Below are positions 36,525 to 39,844 of a DNA stretch of 39,844 nt, one piece after another. The stretch comes from Catajapyx aquilonaris (taxonomy: Eukaryota). The translations under genes and the position numbers were made by a program. The stretch's first letter is position 1. Every line of letters begins with the position of its first letter. The notes beneath the pieces were generated by a model, which did no database searches, had not been told where the DNA came from, and worked only from the letters and a program-made list of their open reading frames with translations. Location of the stretch: positions 1-39,844 of the forward strand of contig JYFJ02003586.1 of NCBI GenBank assembly GCA_000934665.2. The letters run 5' to 3'.

Positions 36525-37167
36525 CTGTAAGTAGAATGCAAATAGGACTTTATTACAACATTGAATTATAAAGAGTTCCATGCATGTAGGCAACCAATCA
36601 ACATTAAAGTTACTTCAATTTCCAAATGCCACCTCATCTTGATTGGCAAGTAAACATGTCCCCCTCAAGGCACAATTGCATGATAATTTTGGATCAATTA
36701 ATTGAGATTTAATTCAGTTTTACATTAGAACTTTAAAACCTCCTTGATGGTTGGCCAAGGTGAACAGATGGCTGTTAGAATTGGCAGCAAAAATTGTGCA
36801 AGAAATGGCTGTGTGAACAAATAATTCCTTTTAGCAACAATTTAAGAAAAGTGACAATTTGCACCTAAATTTTGAGTAAATCTAGACAAATCTGGTACTT
36901 GCCATCCCATATCACACCCATTTCCCCCTTTTTTTTATTTCCGTTAATTACCTATCAGCCAGGAAAGTCATGTGTTGGCATCCTTGTCTGTTATGTTGTT
37001 TTATGACCGAGCAGTGAGGTGGTGGAGGCCAGTGAACTATATTGAATGAAAGCATCCGTAGCAAGCAGTGCTTCCACTGTTGAAGTCACACAAGACATTT
37101 TTTGCTCTGAACTAACATGGTAGCCACAGTGACGTCTCTCAATATAACTGCAGTATAACTCCCAATT

Positions 37168-37420
37168 GAGGGGTCTGAGATAAAATAAACAGCCACTGAG
37201 TCCCCTTTTGGGGGGTCTAACACAAATACCTGCAGCAATTATAAATTTTCATGTCATTGGATAATAATTGAACATTTGCGTATGAAGCTGAACTGGGGCA
37301 ATATATGGATGTAAAAAGTTTCCAGATTGTACCAGTGAAAGTTAAGTAATCATCCGTTTTTGCTCATTTTACAACAAGTTTTTCCATGTAGACTTGGCTG
37401 TTTTTGATATCAGACCCCTC
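37168..37420. mobile_element. MITE, Sola2-like
   Basis: AATT|GAGGGGTCTGA...AAACAGCCA ... TGGCTGTTT...TCAGACCCCTC|AATT: GAG..CTC termini with a 4-bp duplication. Confidence 0.8.
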
Positions 37421-37858
37421 AATTATCCAACCTCTGAATATCCGTCTCCTCGACATATTTTTAGAAACATTCCCTCATATCTTGGATCATCACCATGCAA
37501 TTCATTGTCAGCTGAATGCTGAGTGAGTAAGGGTTGTTTATACAGTAAGAAAGATGATGATGCTGAAAAACCAGGTTGCAACAATAAACTCCCCCCCCCC
37601 CCCCTCNCCTCTCATCAGGATACCCTTGAGTACATTAAAAAATTATAACTTCATTATTTGTCATATCAACCCACTCTTATTGACAATATTTTTGCTGCCT
37701 GAAAGAAAATTTAAATTTCACTGATGAGAGAGAGGAAGTAAAGTTTTAAACTTGCCACATGTCACTGATTTTTAAATCAAAATGTTGGCCCGTCTCAGAA
37801 ATAAAACTGTTCTGTACTGCACAATAAAATAAACCTGTGATGTTCGAAACCCTTAATG

Positions 37859-38081
37859 CAGTGGTTTCCAACCTTTTACCAACTGCGACCCCCTAAACAT
37901 GCTTCCATAAATGTGCGACCCCCTCCCCCTCTCCCCTCCCAGCCCTTCTACAACTGGCCCATTTCCAGAAAACATACACTCTGTACGGCCGCAAAAATTG
38001 TTCAATTTACACAAAAATTGCAAAAATAAAAGTTGAACCAAGGCTCGCGACCCCCCGCGACCCCCAGGTTGGAAACCACTG
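37859..38081. mobile_element. hAT (Charlie-like) MITE
   Basis: TIR CAGTGGTTTCCAACCT / AGGTTGGAAACCACTG with a perfect 8-bp TSD CCTTAATG; subterminal GCGACCCC repeats. Confidence 0.93.
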
Positions 38082-38246
38082 CCTTAATGCATGCAGTACA
38101 GTGTATGTTGGACAATTTATTCAGAATTGCGAGCGTCCAACATCTATAGACAGGTTTTACTGTAATCATTGCTTCAGTTTTCTATGCATTAACCCAGTTT
38201 TTCATCCTCAGACTCTCATCATGAACTTAATAGTAAGCTACATGTT

Positions 38247-38576
38247 GGGGGAGGTGTGGTGGCCGTGATGGTAACGTCACGGCTTGCTGAGTGAAAGGCC
38301 CCAGGTTCGATCCCCGCCTGGGGAACTTTCCTTTCACCTGCGTCGGGAGGGTCTCTGACCTGCACCAAGGAGGTGTCTGGCAACCTAACCTCCTGGGGGA
38401 CAGCACATGACCCATGTGTAGACATTGCACTTGCACCCCATGTTCCCTCCCCAAAAATCCCTACCCCTACCCTATATCCTTGACTCCTTGCACCAGTGAC
38501 TGAAGAAAAATGACAGAGAAAACTGATGGTGGTGTGCCACCCCCCAAATAGGCCATTGATGCCTGGCACGGGGTAA

Positions 38577-38643
<67 letters not shown>
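38247..38643 (+). mobile_element. tRNA-derived SINE, family B, with (AAT)n tail
   Basis: A box TGGCCGTGATGG, B box GGTTCGATCCC, long (AAT)n at about 38579-38643; degenerate flanking duplication AGCTACATGTT / AGTTACATACT. Confidence 0.8.
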
Positions 38644-38777
38644 GTTACATACTAAAACATACATATTTTGTGCAATTATATTGGTCAGGACTCGTGCACA
38701 AACATGGGAGTCCCCCATCATTTTGGATGTGAATTACATGTGAAGCACAAATAAGTTGTGTCTCTCTTATCATCTTA

Positions 38778-38904
38778 TGCCTGGTTGCACCAACAAAATT
38801 ACCGGTCCGATAGCTCCTAACAGACCGATAGCACATGTTAAAAGGTCTACCTATCTGTCCATTAGGAGCTATCGGACCGGTAATTTTGTTGGTGCAACCA
38901 GGCA
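38778..38904. mobile_element. PIF/Harbinger-type MITE
   Basis: Inverted arms TGCCTGGTTGCACCAACAAAATTACCGGTCCGATAGCTCCTAA with a 3-bp TSD TTA on both sides. Confidence 0.9.
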
Positions 38905-38917
38905 TTAGTAAAGTTAC

Positions 38918-39143
38918 CAGAACGAGTAATATTATGCGGAGTCCAGCCCAGGGCCAAAGTGACGGAGCTGCTTCCACTGCCCACGTATTCCATCATCTGG
39001 CTGCTAGACGGCGGGTTGTCCATGACTCGGCGATCGTCGTTCTGACTGGGCTGGCCCATGGCTACAGGATCATCTGCTCTGCTGGGGCTTCCGACGGAAG
39101 AGGGTTTGTCGTCCTTGCTTGTCTGTCGGCTATTATCGGCCAT
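38918..39143 (-). CDS. HSPBP1: Hsp70-binding protein 1, coding exon 1 (Ser/Asp/Pro-rich N-terminus)
   Basis: MADNSRQTSKDDKPSS...HNITRS-; 226 nt; donor G|GTAACT in phase 1 matches the next exon. Poorly conserved region, so the start is less certain. Confidence 0.65.
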
Positions 39144-39331
39144 ACCTACTGCTCTGAAGTGTACTGTACCAGAGCGGCTCAGAGGCACCAGGGTTGGCAC
39201 GTCCTTAGAGGATTCGAAAGCTTGGTGGAAAGATCTAGAATTCTAGGTGTCTGACAGTGTGCCTGACACTACAAAACGAAGCATGTGGTACGTGAGACTC
39301 AGGGGGGAGCCGTCCCGACAGATTTGCTCTT

Positions 39332-39365
39332 GTCACGTGACCGTGGCTTTTGGCGTGACGTCACG
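39332..39365. promoter_or_regulatory. HSPBP1 promoter palindromes: CLEAR/E-box and CRE
   Basis: GTCACGTGAC at 39332-39341 and CGTGACGTCACG at 39354-39365, about 200 nt upstream of the ATG in a CpG-rich patch. Confidence 0.55.
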
Positions 39366-39719
39366 GTGAGGATAAATTCAAACTGGGATAGAGCTTTCCA
39401 TGCAATGTCATGCACTTTACGTAATTATTTTCACACACTTCTAAGTCAGCTAAAAATTTGAGAACTGGCAGACCTGTAACCCAGACATCCAAGACAACGT
39501 CAAATGTCCCGAATCACACATTTTCGCCCTGGGGCCGGCCCGCGGGCGAAAGTTCTTAGGCAAGGCAAAAGGGGCATAATTCCCTTCTTGGCTAACCGAA
39601 TGACACGAATTGGCACACTGAAAACTGACATTGAACCACCGACAAACATACGCAAAGATTGTAACACAATTCACACCACCAAGCACACACTTAGCACGTA
39701 TATGAAGACATGTACCCCC

Positions 39720-39844
39720 GCGAGCATAATGATGGAGACGGCAGGCTCTTTTTTGACCTTTCTTTATCCGATTCAAATTAATGAACTCTTTTTGGACCGA
39801 GTTAGCTGCATCAGGCGTGTGTTCGTGTATTTATGACAGAATAT
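39720..39844 (+). repeat. Dispersed repeat shared with 29230-29350 (runs off the window)
   Basis: Same colinear motif blocks as the copy at 29230. Confidence 0.75.

Noticed and set aside
37151..38162. Tigger-like host element enclosing the Sola-like and hAT MITEs
   Set aside because: The left end looks Tigger-like, but the right end matches over only about 10 bp and the left TA is absent; not reported as a full element.
38247..38325. tRNA gene (also the heads at 2925 and 32055)
   Set aside because: A and B boxes are present but there is no closed cloverleaf, and each continues into a repeat body and tail, so they are SINEs.
38835..39254. 139-aa plus-strand ORF
   Set aside because: Antisense to HSPBP1 exon 1, begins inside a MITE, no recognisable domain.

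Overview
Eukaryotic genomic DNA, almost certainly from an arthropod (Tramtrack-type BTB domain; strong gene-body CpG depletion points to a lineage that kept DNA methylation, e.g. a non-holometabolous insect). Three spliced protein-coding genes can be assembled by hand with GT-AG junctions and consistent phases. (1) A minus-strand ttk-group BTB/POZ gene (coding exons 6887-6213, 5075-4986, 4646-4547). It stops at a phase-1 donor and no DNA-binding exon is visible in the window. (2) A plus-strand four-transmembrane protein of about 408 aa (Pasiflora/LAPTM-like N-terminus, long cytoplasmic tail ending -DVAL), coding span 11759-24941. (3) Minus-strand HSPBP1/Fes1 (about 409 aa, 6 coding exons, 39143-30192). 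The rest is intron and intergenic DNA dense in non-autonomous elements: Tc1/mariner/pogo, hAT, PIF/Harbinger and Sola-like MITEs, foldback elements, two tRNA-derived SINE families and (AAT)n tracts. I see no prokaryotic-type system, CRISPR array or autonomous transposase. The best leads are regulatory or splicing-related: a possible lola/mod(mdg4)-like variable 3' end, a stop-containing micro-exon, tandem start-stop uORFs, paired CTCF-like sites and a CLEAR+CRE promoter. All of this was read by eye; no database search was run.
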